Assembly: GCA_052426225.1 (NCBI GenBank)
Contig: JBNJNM010000012.1
Coordinates: 1,860,001 to 1,924,000 of the forward strand
Length of the DNA stretch: 64,000 nt
DNA from: Zancudomyces culisetae HAW-14-8
Lineage: Eukaryota > Fungi > Kickxellomycota
Reading direction: 5' to 3'
Part shown: positions 24,469 through 36,100 of the stretch, in pieces
Numbering within the stretch: the stretch's first letter is position 1
How the letters are laid out: each line of letters starts with the position of its first letter
Position numbers and translations under genes: made by a program
Notes under the pieces: generated by a model
Databases searched by the model: none
Told to the model about the DNA's origin: nothing
The model's input: the letters and a program-made list of their open reading frames with translations, nothing else

Positions 24469-25513
24469 AATAGTAGGTAGTGTAAGAGCAATAAAATAAT
24501 GTCACGACTTGACATAAGTACTATATGTTTACTTGGCTATGATTTATTTAATAAAATACTATGAGATGAAAAGTATTATATTGCTAAAGTTTCCTAAAGC
24601 AATAAAATCCTTGTCATTATATAGTTTTACAATATACAAAATTAATTGTAAAACATTATAAAAACTATACTTAAACTATAACTTAAACTAAATAATATTA
24701 ACTGTCAACTCCACAGTTAACATTTAATAATATGGGGTAAAACCAAATTAATAAAATTTATTAATTCTTACTCCATAAATTATTAATATATGGAGTAAGA
24801 ATTAAAGCGGAGAAAACGTTAATAAATTTAACATTTGCTATTTTTAATATGTTATTAAAAATAGCAATAATATCATGAATGGATCATGACAATAATATGA
24901 TAAATATTAATTATTTACAAGAAATAATCATAAAATCATATAAATATTTATATAAATGATAAACATATAGGTATGTTTACTCATTATATAACATGCATTG
25001 ATATAACTTTCTAAATATATGTTTGAAATTAGACTGTCATGAACTGATTCTAGAATGTTCGAAAACGTTCTAGAATCATTTGATTTTATTCCGCAGTAAT
25101 GTTTAGAATGTTCCCCAACATTCTAGAACATTACCGAAAATTCACATTATTTCTTAATTTTTCTTACGTAATAATTTTCACATGTTTAATTTTATTAGCA
25201 TTCGAGTTTGATTTTTGTTTGATTACTAATCCAATTTGATTAGTAATCAAACACGTTTTTCTTTAACTTGCATTTTTAGCTAATCCGCAGTTTTCATAGT
25301 GATTTTGTTCAAAAACCAAGGCTGGAAAAAAGTATAAAAAGGGTACAATTTTCCTGTCTTGGATTCAGTATCTAGTATCTAGTATCTTGTATACATTCAT
25401 ACAATAAACATTAATAATAATAAATATAACTTTCCAGACTCCAGATCTTGACACTATACTAGATCAAAATATTATATTTATTATTTTCTGAAACCAGCCT
25501 AAGTATTTAAACC

Positions 25514-26734
25514 ATGGAACCGTTTAGCCCAGAACAAGTTGAATTCCTCAACAAAGCCGCCGTGACCCTGCCAGCAGTTGAAGAAGCCATCCAGCAACTA
25601 CTAATAAGAGTAGAAAAAGCCGAGTCTGCCATCAAGGAACATCCAGCGTCCGTATCCAAGAAGATCTATGAAAAAGTCAAAGCAGACACCACCAAGTCCA
25701 TCCAGACCATTCTTGATTCCATGAGCAAACTCCAGACCGATCTCCAAACTTCAGATCAGCTAACTCAAAGCGCCATACAGGCCAACCAGTTGGAAATCCA
25801 ATCCCTTCAGGACCAGCTCAGTACCCTCAGGAACGAAGTCATACTTTATATAACTGAAAACCGTGCCACCAAAGTTGCTAGTACTTCTGAACCTAGTATC
25901 AAAGTCAGACACCCAGACACATTTTCAGGAAAACCCTCCGCCTGTTCCAACTTCTTTTCACAGCTTGCTCTCGTTTTTGCCGCTTCACCCGACAAATTCA
26001 ACACTGACTCAAGTAAAGTCTTGTATGCCATCTCCTACCTCTCAGGAACACCATTCAGTTACATGGAACCTTACCTCATGAAAGCAAACCTTCCAGAGTC
26101 TGACCGTCCTGCCATTCTCTCCAACTACAATCTGTTTAAAGAAACTATCACTCGTGCCTTTGGTGATCCCAACCCTATTGAGAATGCTGATAGGGCAATC
26201 CGTCAACTCCGCCAAACCACTTCCGTTGCCGCATATGCCACCGAGTTTAGACGCCTACAGATGTTAATTGACTGGAACCAACCACCACTTATCTCACAGT
26301 TTCTATCCGGTCTCAAGTACAACGTATCCCAGGAACTCAACCGTAGAGAACCAATAGAAGACATCGATACCCTGATCTCTACAGCCATCCAGATCGACAA
26401 CCGCCTCTTCAGCCATCCACAACGTCGTCAACCTCCAGTTAACCCCACTGCAACTATGCCACCCAAACCCACTGCTTACAACCCGTTTGCTTCACCTGTT
26501 TCTGCACCATCTACCACTCCACCAGCTAATAGTGATGGACCTCAACCAATGGATCTCAGTACCGCTTCATCGACTAGAAGACCACCACTTACTCCTGCTC
26601 AAAGAGCATACCGTATCGAAAACAACCTCTGTCTCTATTGTGGCGGTAATGACCACTTCAACATCAACTGTCCAAAGAAACGCCACAACATCTCCAGCAT
26701 TACACCAATACAGGAAAACGACACCGCCCAGTAG
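25514..26734 (+). CDS. C2a Gag
   Basis: HPDTFSG capsid motif, PQPMDL, CCHC knuckle CLYCGGNDHFNINC. Confidence 0.95.
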   Translation: MEPFSPEQVEFLNKAAVTLPAVEEAIQQLLIRVEKAESAIKEHPASVSKKIYEKVKADTTKSIQTILDSMSKLQTDLQTSDQLTQSAIQANQLEIQSLQDQLSTLRNEVILYITENRATKVASTSEPSIKVRHPDTFSGKPSACSNFFSQLALVFAASPDKFNTDSSKVLYAISYLSGTPFSYMEPYLMKANLPESDRPAILSNYNLFKETITRAFGDPNPIENADRAIRQLRQTTSVAAYATEFRRLQMLIDWNQPPLISQFLSGLKYNVSQELNRREPIEDIDTLISTAIQIDNRLFSHPQRRQPPVNPTATMPPKPTAYNPFASPVSAPSTTPPANSDGPQPMDLSTASSTRRPPLTPAQRAYRIENNLCLYCGGNDHFNINCPKKRHNISSITPIQENDTAQ

Positions 26735-29700
26735 ACAGTAAGGGACACCTATTGGGCAACTTAGCCAGTCCCCACGCCACTGTAACCACTCCTGTTTCTG
26801 ACACCCAATCTCCTGATAAACCAAACACCTTGACCATTCCTGTAACCATCTTGTCCAAGCACCACCACATCAAAACCTACGCTATGGTTGATTCTGGTGC
26901 TTTGTCCTCGTTCATTAACGCCACCTTTGCTCTAAAAAACAATCTACCATCTATATCTAGAAAAATGACAATCACTCTCGCTGACGGATCAAAGCTTAGA
27001 TCCAACTCTGCCTCCCAAGTAACACTAAAAATCAACGATAACCATCTCGAAAATATCTATCTGCAACAACTAGACCTTGGATCTTCACCAATCATCCTTG
27101 GTCTTTCCTGGCTTCAACAACACAATCCTGATATCAACTGGACTGAGAACATAGTCCATCTGCCTTGTACCTTGACTTCTTGTGGGCCCAACCATGTCAA
27201 CCTAGACATCTCTCTTGTGGGCTCAAACCAGTTTAAAGAACATCTGAAGGCACCAGACACTGTCTATGCTGGTGCAATTACCGTGAACAATCTTGAATCC
27301 CTTGTAGCTCCTGAATCTTGTGAAAATCTCTGTCTTGTCTCTGAATCTAATCCTGAAAACCCTGTAACTCCTGTAATCCCTGAAAAGTATAAAATGTTTG
27401 AATCTGTCTTCTCTGAATCCCAATCTGCCAAACTGCCTGAACATCGTCCATATGATCATACCATTCCTTTGCTTCCTGACTCAAAGATACCATATGGCCC
27501 ATTGTACAACCTCTCCCAATTGGAACTAAAGACCCTGTACGACTACATTCAGGAAAACCTAGCCAATGGTTTTATCCAACGCTCTGAATCCCCGGCTGGG
27601 GCTCCCGTCCTATTTGTAAAAAAGAAAGATGGTAGTCTCCGGTTGTGCGTCGACTATAGAGCCCTGAATAAGATCACTGTCCCCAACCGTGCTGCCTTGC
27701 CACTCATCTCTGAAACCTTGGATTGGCTTGGCAAAGCCAAGATATTCACCAAGCTGGATATGAAATCCGCATACCACATGATCAGGATCTCGCCTGGTGA
27801 AGAATGGAAGACCGCGTTTCGTACACGCTACGGCCACTTCGAGTATAAGGTCATGCCGTTTGGCCTTATGAATGCTCCAGCCACGTTCCAGTCCTTTGTT
27901 AACGATCTCTTCCGTGAATACATTGATCAATTCCTTGTTGTGTACATCGATGATCTGTTAATCTACTCAGATGATATCGATAAGCACTATGACCACGTCT
28001 GCCTTGTCTTGAAGAAGCTTCAGGAACACAATCTCACCCTCAAGCTAGAGAAATGTGAGTTTGATGTACAATCAGTACAGTTCCTCGGTTTTGTAATTGG
28101 CCCCAACGGAATCTCTATGGATCCATCTAAAGTATCCAGCGTTACCGAATGGAAGACACCAACTTGTGTCCGTGACGTTCAGGTATTCCTTGGCCTTACA
28201 AACTTCTACCGCCGTTTTATTCTGAACTACTACAAGATATCTCTGCCGCTCACCGCCTTGTTGAAAAAAGGTGTCCAATTCCAGTGGACACCCAAAGCTC
28301 AAGAAGCTTTCGCCTTGCTAAAAGAAACCATGATCAGTAACCCAATCTTAGCTCACTACAATCCTGACCAGCCTTGTATCATCGAAACCGATGCATCAGA
28401 TTTTGCATTAGGTGCCATTTGCAGCCAGTATGACAACGAGGGACAACTCCACCCTGTTGCATACTACTCCCGCAAACTCCTGCCTGCTGAAGTGAATTAT
28501 CAAATCTATGATAAGGAACTGTTAGCAATTATCGACGCTTTTGCTCACTGGCGTCACTACCTTGAATTTTCTGTACACCCAACCGTTGATATGACCGACC
28601 ATAAAAACTTGGAATACTTCTCCTCTACCAGAAATCTTAGTCGCCGCCAAGTCAGATGGTCAGAATACCTCAGTAACTTCAACTTTGTCATCAAGTACCG
28701 CCCTGGAAAACAGAACACTGCCGCCGATGCTCTTTCTCGGAAAGACCAACCTTGGAAGGGGGGTGACTCCCGTACTGACCAAAACAAAATAACTTTACTA
28801 CCTCCTGAAATATTCTCGAAGTCCATGACTAGTACACCTGTTGAACCTTTGTCCTCCGCCCTCATGAACAACATCAAGTCACTACAACCCAAAGACACGT
28901 ACTTTGGACCCATTTACACTGACTTATCCATTAAACCTGATTCCCATGAAAAGTACACTCTTGTTGACAATCTTCTGCACTATGATGGACTAATCTGTAT
29001 CCCCTCGGACGACAACATCAAAAGAACAATTCTGATTGAATGCCATGATTCCCCTGCTGCCGGTCACTTTGGAAATGCAAAGACGTACGAACTTGTATCT
29101 CGCAACTTTTACTGGCCAACCATGAGAAAATATATCAAAGACTACATCTCTGGTTGCGATACCTGTCAACGCAACAAATCCTCTCGCCATAAACCATATG
29201 GCTACCTCGCTCCACTTCCCGTTCCTGATTCACCTTGGTCATCTGTTTCTGTCGACTTCATCACTCAGCTACCTCCATCCAATAACTTTACTGCAATCTG
29301 TGTATTTGTGGATCGCCTTACCAAGATGGCGCATTTTGTTCCCACAACCAATGAAATTGATGCTGAAGGTACTGCAGATCTATTTATCCAGCATATCTTC
29401 TGCAAACATGGACTCCCTAACGACATCGTATCTGATAGAGGTGTAACCTTCAATTCATCATTCATGCGTACTCTAATGAAATCTCTGAATATTGAACAGA
29501 AAATGTCCACCGCATTCCATCCTCAGACAGATGGACAAACTGAACGCGTAAACTCAGTATTGGAACAGTACCTCAGGTGCTACATTGATTACCAACAAAC
29601 TGATTGGTCAAAGTGGTTACCAATTGCTGAATTCGCCTACAACAACACATCTCATGCTTCTATTAAGACCACACCTTTCTACGCAAACTATGGCTTCCAT

Positions 29701-30330
29701 CCACGCTTCTCAGTCACAATTCCTCGTACTCAAGTTTTAAATCCTGCTTCCTCTGATAGATCCAAACTACTATATGATATCCATCAAGAACTGAAATTTA
29801 ACATCTCCCTTGCCCTTGAAGACCATGAGAAATACTACAACCGAAAAGTATCATCACAACCTGACTTCAACATTGGTGATCTTGTCTATCTCTCAACTAA
29901 AAACATCAGGACTCAAAGACCAAGCAAGAAGCTTGACTATCGGAAACTTGGTCCATTCAAAGTATTGGAAAAGATTGGACAAAGATCATACAAACTTCAG
30001 CTACCACACACAATGAAGATTCACCCAGTATTCCACGTCAATCTCCTTGAAACTTGTAAACCAGATCTGATCCCAGACAGACCATCAAAACGGCTTACAC
30101 CTGTGATCATTGATGGTCAAGAAGAATATGAAGTTGAGAAAATCCTAGATAGTAAAATATTTGGTAGAACTGTCAAATACCTGGTACACTGGAAAGGATA
30201 CCCAGACACTGAACGTACCTGGCATACATATTCTGACTTAGCAAATGCAAAATATCTTGTCACTGAATTCCATCGTCACCATCCTGAAAAACCAAAGCCA
30301 CCACAAATGCTTCACGGAGCTCAGCCTTAA
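26713..30330 (+). CDS. C2a Pol (PR-RT-RH-IN-chromodomain), reached by -1 frameshift
   Basis: DSGA, YIDD, ETDAS, HHCC/DDE, GPF, chromodomain EEYEVEKILD..WKGY; the frame is open back to slippery G_GAA_AAC at 26713-26719. Confidence 0.95.
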   Translation, partial: GKRHRPVDSKGHLLGNLASPHATVTTPVSDTQSPDKPNTLTIPVTILSKHHHIKTYAMVDSGALSSFINATFALKNNLPSISRKMTITLADGSKLRSNSASQVTLKINDNHLENIYLQQLDLGSSPIILGLSWLQQHNPDINWTENIVHLPCTLTSCGPNHVNLDISLVGSNQFKEHLKAPDTVYAGAITVNNLESLVAPESCENLCLVSESNPENPVTPVIPEKYKMFESVFSESQSAKLPEHRPYDHTIPLLPDSKIPYGPLYNLSQLELKTLYDYIQENLANGFIQRSESPAGAPVLFVKKKDGSLRLCVDYRALNKITVPNRAALPLISETLDWLGKAKIFTKLDMKSAYHMIRISPGEEWKTAFRTRYGHFEYKVMPFGLMNAPATFQSFVNDLFREYIDQFLVVYIDDLLIYSDDIDKHYDHVCLVLKKLQEHNLTLKLEKCEFDVQSVQFLGFVIGPNGISMDPSKVSSVTEWKTPTCVRDVQVFLGLTNFYRRFILNYYKISLPLTALLKKGVQFQWTPKAQEAFALLKETMISNPILAHYNPDQPCIIETDASDFALGAICSQYDNEGQLHPVAYYSRKLLPAEVNYQIYDKELLAIIDAFAHWRHYLEFSVHPTVDMTDHKNLEYFSSTRNLSRRQVRWSEYLSNFNFVIKYRPGKQNTAADALSRKDQPWKGGDSRTDQNKITLLPPEIFSKSMTSTPVEPLSSALMNNIKSLQPKDTYFGPIYTDLSIKPDSHEKYTLVDNLLHYDGLICIPSDDNIKRTILIECHDSPAAGHFGNAKTYELVSRNFYWPTMRKYIKDYISGCDTCQRNKSSRHKPYGYLAPLPVPDSPWSSVSVDFITQLPPSNNFTAICVFVDRLTKMAHFVPTTNEIDAEGTADLFIQHIFCKHGLPNDIVSDRGVTFNSSFMRTLMKSLNIEQKMSTAFHPQTDGQTERVNSVLEQYLRCYIDYQQTDWSKWLPIAEFAYNNTSHASIKTTPFYANYGFHPRFSVTIPRTQVLNPASSDRSKLLYDIHQELKFNISLALEDHEKYYNRKVSSQPDFNIGDLVYLSTKNIRTQRPSKKLDYRKLGPFKVLEKIGQRSYKLQLPHTMKIHPVFHVNLLETCKPDLIPDRPSKRLTPVIIDGQEEYEVEKILDSKIFGRTVKYLVHWKGYPDTERTWHTYSDLANAKYLVTEFHRHHPEKPKPPQMLHGAQP

Positions 30331-31130
30331 GAGGGGAGGTCGTGTCATGAACTGATTCTAGAATGTTCGAAAACGTTCTAGAATCATCTGATTTTATTCC
30401 GCAGTAATGTTTAGAATATTGGGAAACATTCTAGAACATTACCGAAAATTCACATTATTTATTAATTTTTCTTACGTAATAATTTTCACATGTTTAATTT
30501 TATTAGCATTCGAGTTTGATTTTTGTTTGATTACTAATCCAATTTGATTAGTAATCAAACACGTTTTTCTTTAACTTGCATTTTTAGCTAATCCGCAGTT
30601 TTCATAGTGATTTTGTTCAAAAACCAAGGCTGGAAAAAAGTATAAAAAGGGTACAATTTTCCTGTCTTGGATTCAGTATCTAGTATCTAGTATCTTGTAT
30701 ACATTCATACAATAAACATTAATAATAATAAATATAACACCCCTGACTCCAGATCTTGACATAGACTATTAGCTAAACTATTTTTTAATACTTATTAATT
30801 ATACTTAATCTTTAAATAGTGTTTAGATAATACTGTGTTAATTTTAGTATAAGATTGGTGTCGTTTCCACTTTGGATACTAAATCCTTTTTTTTATATTG
30901 AAATGACTATAAATAGAAATGTTGTATAAAAGTATTCTAAAGTATAAAATATTCTAGATATTAGAAAAAGTCTAAAAACTAATTCGAGATTCCTAGTAAT
31001 AAAAACTTATATTAAATATATAATTAAACGTTATCTAGAAAGTAATTAAAAAAGTTTTATTAATTTGATAATAATTGTTAATTAACTCAATTCTAGATGA
31101 GGTGTACTTCTCTTAAAATATATCAGCATT

Positions 31131-31532
31131 TGTTATATTTATTATGTACTATCTGATCAGTACGTTTGAGTAGCCTGCTGTTTAATTCAGCTACTTCTGG
31201 TTCCGGTTGTGTAGCTAGTATCTTAACCGTGTATGCTTGTTTATGTTTTAATTATTATATTTATACTTAGATACTTATACTATTAATCTTGATTTTTTTA
31301 TTTACGATAGTGCTATTAGGTATAAGAATAAAACTAATAGTTATTGATTATGTAAAAAAAGTTAGATTCAAAAAACTAATTATATCTGTTGTTTTTTCTC
31401 TGCACCTTTGTGCCATTTTTTAATATTAAATACTAAATAATTAAGAATAAAAATAAACTATTGATAGGTGTTCGATTGGTTAAAAAAAACCTTTCGGAAA
31501 AAAATTCAACACGAACATTTCGCTATATGACA
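31131..31532. mobile_element. Solo LTR S9 (402 bp), TSD CATT; copies at +2379, +4758, +7137
   Basis: TGTTATA...TATATGACA flanked by CATT on both sides. Confidence 0.88.
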
Positions 31533-31536
31533 CATT

Positions 31537-31998
31537 TGTTGTATAATTAAATTTTACTTTTAATTATTTATTTTTTTCTTATTTATATATGTATAATATG
31601 TATCGTATAATTATTGTTATAAATTATAAACTTAGTTGAAACTATTATAAACTTAATATAATCATCTGGAGTTGATCATAACTATTTATTTACTACTATA
31701 AAGCTTGTATGATAGAATGATATTTATTTCCTTATGCAATAACTAATAGTTTAAATACTTTTCCTAGTATTATAAACATACTAATAACTAACTATTGAAC
31801 TAATACTAACTAAATAAACTAATACTGAAACAATTTAAATGAGTAATAAACTAATACTCTTAATAAAAACATCAATGAATCAGTTTGATTGAATACTAAA
31901 AAAACTAAAACTAAAAGTATATTATTAATTTAATTATTTCACTTGATGATATGCATATAATATTAGTTTATCATCAAGGGTTCATGTCACTATTGACA
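31537..31998. mobile_element. Solo LTR S10 (462 bp), TSD CATT; 4 copies in the array
   Basis: TGTTGTA...TATTGACA flanked by CATT on both sides. Confidence 0.82.
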
Positions 31999-32001
31999 CA
32001 T

Positions 32002-32314
32002 TGTCAGATACTAACATTTTTATGCAAGTATCTCTTTTATTTTATACTATATGCTAAATATAAAACTATGTTATTCTATTTTTAAATAATACTATGTTCT
32101 ATTTCAGACCTAATTGTATATCTTTTTATTCCTAAATTAACTATTTATTGTGTAACTTTTATAAAAAACTAACTAAAAATCTCTTATATAAGATACTACT
32201 AAAAAATTATATTAAAAAACGAAATGTTATTAAAAAAAATCACTAGGATAAAAAAACTAATGCATTTCGGATTCGTAACCAGTTACGAATCGATTGTCAA
32301 TTTGCTATATGACA
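32002..32314. mobile_element. Solo LTR S11 (313 bp), TSD GCAT; 4 copies in the array
   Basis: TGTCAGA...TATATGACA followed by GCAT. Confidence 0.85.
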
Positions 32315-32317
32315 GCA

Positions 32318-32636
32318 TGTTAAAATAAGATTATTGTAATATATTTTTCTCTACTTATTTATTATCACTATACTATATTTGTTTTAACTTTATATACTGT
32401 ATACTTAATATTATTCTGATAGTTTGAGAAAAGAGTTGTATTTATTTTTCTTGTTGTGAGAGGTCCTTTTGACCCCTAAAATTGTTCATACTAGTCTGAA
32501 ATAAATTATACCTATAAAATAACTTCGGACAAAAACCACGAGGGGAAAAAGGTCCAATCTAAAAATATTGCTAATTATATAATCCTAAACTAATAACTAA
32601 TAATTAAATTCGTTCCTATCATATTATTATACGACA
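32318..32636. mobile_element. Solo LTR S12 (319 bp), TSD TGCA; 4 copies in the array
   Basis: TGTTAAA...TATACGACA followed by TGCA; contains GGGGAAAAAGGTCCAAT. Confidence 0.85.
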
Positions 32637-32721
32637 TGCATTGATAACTTCTTTCTCTATTATTTGTTAAAGTTAATATTTATTTGATTTTTTATATTTA
32701 ATAGTTTAGTTTAAATATCTA

Positions 32722-33140
32722 TGTCATGAACTGATTCTAGAATGTTCGAAAACGTTCTAGAATCATCTGATTTTATTCCGCAGTAATGTTTAGAATGTTG
32801 GGAAACATTCTAGAACATTACCGAAAATTCACATTATTTCTCAATTTTTCTTACGTAATAATTTTCACATGTTTAATTTTATTAGCATTCGAGTTTGATT
32901 TTTGTTTGATTACTAATCCAATTTGATTAGTAATCAAACACGTTTTTCTTTAACTTGCATTTTTAGCTAATCCGCAGTTTTCATAGTGATTTTGTTCAAA
33001 AACCAAGGCTGGAAAAAAGTATAAAAAGGGTACAATTTTCCTGTCTTGGATTCAGTATCTAGTATCTAGTATCTTGTATACATTCATACAATAAACATTA
33101 ATAATAATAAATATAACACCCCTGACTCCAGATCTTGACA
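32722..33140 (+). mobile_element. Chimeric C2 solo LTR (also 35101-35519 and 37480-37898)
   Basis: Left flank ATCTA (TSD of C2b), right flank TAGAC (TSD of C2a); C2b variants in the 5' part, C2a variants in the 3' part. Confidence 0.93.
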
Positions 33141-36100
33141 TAGACTATTAGCTAAACTATTTTTTAATACTTATTAATTATACTTAATCTTTAAATAGTG
33201 TTTAGATAATACTGTGTTAATTTTAGTATAAGATTGGTGTCGTTTCCACTTTGGATACTAAATCCTTTTTTTTATATTGAAATGACTATAAATAGAAATG
33301 TTGTATAAAAGTATTCTAAAGTATAAAATATTCTAGATATTAGAAAAAGTCTAAAAACTAATTCGAGATTCCTAGTAATAAAAACTTATATTAAATATAT
33401 AATTAAACGTTATCTAGAAAGTAATTAAAAAAGTTTTATTAATTTGATAATAATTGTTAATTAACTCAATTCTAGATGAGGTGTACTTCTCTTAAAATAT
33501 ATCAGCATTTGTTATATTTATTATGTACTATCTGATCAGTACGTTTGAGTAGCCTGCTGTTTAATTCAGCTACTTCTGGTTCCGGTTGTGTAGCTAGTAT
33601 CTTAACCGTGTATGCTTGTTTATGTTTTAATTATTATATTTATACTTAGATACTTATACTATTAATCTTGATTTTTTTATTTACGATAGTGCTATTAGGT
33701 ATAAGAATAAAACTAATAGTTATTGATTATGTAAAAAAAGTTAGATTCAAAAAACTAATTATATCTGTTGTTTTTTCTCTGCACCTTTGTGCCATTTTTT
33801 AATATTAAATACTAAATAATTAAGAATAAAAATAAACTATTGATAGGTGTTCGATTGGTTAAAAAAAACCTTTCGGAAAAAAATTCAACACGAACATTTC
33901 GCTATATGACACATTTGTTGTATAATTAAATTTTACTTTTAATTATTTATTTTTTTCTTATTTATATATGTATAATATGTATCGTATAATTATTGTTATA
34001 AATTATAAACTTAGTTGAAACTATTATAAACTTAATATAATCATCTGGAGTTGATCATAACTATTTATTTACTACTATAAAGCTTGTATGATAGAATGAT
34101 ATTTATTTCCTTATGCAATAACTAATAGTTTAAATACTTTTCCTAGTATTATAAACATACTAATAACTAACTATTGAACTAATACTAACTAAATAAACTA
34201 ATACTGAAACAATTTAAATGAGTAATAAACTAATACTCTTAATAAAAACATCAATGAATCAGTTTGATTGAATACTAAAAAAACTAAAACTAAAAGTATA
34301 TTATTAATTTAATTATTTCACTTGATGATATGCATATAATATTAGTTTATCATCAAGGGTTCATGTCACTATTGACACATTGTCAGATACTAACATTTTT
34401 ATGCAAGTATCTCTTTTATTTTATACTATATGCTAAATATAAAACTATGTTATTCTATTTTTAAATAATACTATGTTCTATTTCAGACCTAATTGTATAT
34501 CTTTTTATTCCTAAATTAACTATTTATTGTGTAACTTTTATAAAAAACTAACTAAAAATCTCTTATATAAGATACTACTAAAAAATTATATTAAAAAACG
34601 AAATGTTATTAAAAAAAATCACTAGGATAAAAAAACTAATGCATTTCGGATTCGTAACCAGTTACGAATCGATTGTCAATTTGCTATATGACAGCATGTT
34701 AAAATAAGATTATTGTAATATATTTTTCTCTACTTATTTATTATCACTATACTATATTTGTTTTAACTTTATATACTGTATACTTAATATTATTCTGATA
34801 GTTTGAGAAAAGAGTTGTATTTATTTTTCTTGTTGTGAGAGGTCCTTTTGACCCCTAAAATTGTTCATACTAGTCTGAAATAAATTATACCTATAAAATA
34901 ACTTCGGACAAAAACCACGAGGGGAAAAAGGTCCAATCTAAAAATATTGCTAATTATATAATCCTAAACTAATAACTAATAATTAAATTCGTTCCTATCA
35001 TATTATTATACGACATGCATTGATAACTTCTTTCTCTATTATTTGTTAAAGTTAATATTTATTTGATTTTTTATATTTAATAGTTTAGTTTAAATATCTA
35101 TGTCATGAACTGATTCTAGAATGTTCGAAAACGTTCTAGAATCATCTGATTTTATTCCGCAGTAATGTTTAGAATGTTGGGAAACATTCTAGAACATTAC
35201 CGAAAATTCACATTATTTCTCAATTTTTCTTACGTAATAATTTTCACATGTTTAATTTTATTAGCATTCGAGTTTGATTTTTGTTTGATTACTAATCCAA
35301 TTTGATTAGTAATCAAACACGTTTTTCTTTAACTTGCATTTTTAGCTAATCCGCAGTTTTCATAGTGATTTTGTTCAAAAACCAAGGCTGGAAAAAAGTA
35401 TAAAAAGGGTACAATTTTCCTGTCTTGGATTCAGTATCTAGTATCTAGTATCTTGTATACATTCATACAATAAACATTAATAATAATAAATATAACACCC
35501 CTGACTCCAGATCTTGACATAGACTATTAGCTAAACTATTTTTTAATACTTATTAATTATACTTAATCTTTAAATAGTGTTTAGATAATACTGTGTTAAT
35601 TTTAGTATAAGATTGGTGTCGTTTCCACTTTGGATACTAAATCCTTTTTTTTATATTGAAATGACTATAAATAGAAATGTTGTATAAAAGTATTCTAAAG
35701 TATAAAATATTCTAGATATTAGAAAAAGTCTAAAAACTAATTCGAGATTCCTAGTAATAAAAACTTATATTAAATATATAATTAAACGTTATCTAGAAAG
35801 TAATTAAAAAAGTTTTATTAATTTGATAATAATTGTTAATTAACTCAATTCTAGATGAGGTGTACTTCTCTTAAAATATATCAGCATTTGTTATATTTAT
35901 TATGTACTATCTGATCAGTACGTTTGAGTAGCCTGCTGTTTAATTCAGCTACTTCTGGTTCCGGTTGTGTAGCTAGTATCTTAACCGTGTATGCTTGTTT
36001 ATGTTTTAATTATTATATTTATACTTAGATACTTATACTATTAATCTTGATTTTTTTATTTACGATAGTGCTATTAGGTATAAGAATAAAACTAATAGTT

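Larger units (their letters stand above)
19031..24891 (-). mobile_element. Chromovirus C1 (Tf1/sushi-like); LTRs 19031-19423 and 24500-24891, TSD ATAAT
   Basis: TGTCA...TGACA LTRs (393/392 bp, about 3 differences), 5-bp TSD, PPT AGAGGGGAG on the minus strand, chromodomain integrase. Confidence 0.97.
18574..24993. mobile_element. Solo LTR S7 (~554 bp net), TSD TGCA, split by chromovirus C1
   Basis: TGTTATC (18574)...TATATAACA (24993) followed by TGCA; pieces 18574-19030 and 24897-24993. Confidence 0.82.
25035..30761 (+). mobile_element. Chromovirus C2a; LTRs 25035-25453 and 30343-30761 (419 bp), TSD TAGAC
   Basis: TGTCA...TGACA LTRs, 5-bp TSD, PPT AAGAGGGGAGG, intact gag and pol. Confidence 0.98.
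24999..31125. mobile_element. Solo LTR S8 (~395 bp net), TSD GCAT, split by chromovirus C2a; same family as S4
   Basis: TGATATA (24999)...ATATATCA (31125) flanked by GCAT; aligns with 11699-12111 across the C2a insertion point. Confidence 0.9.
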
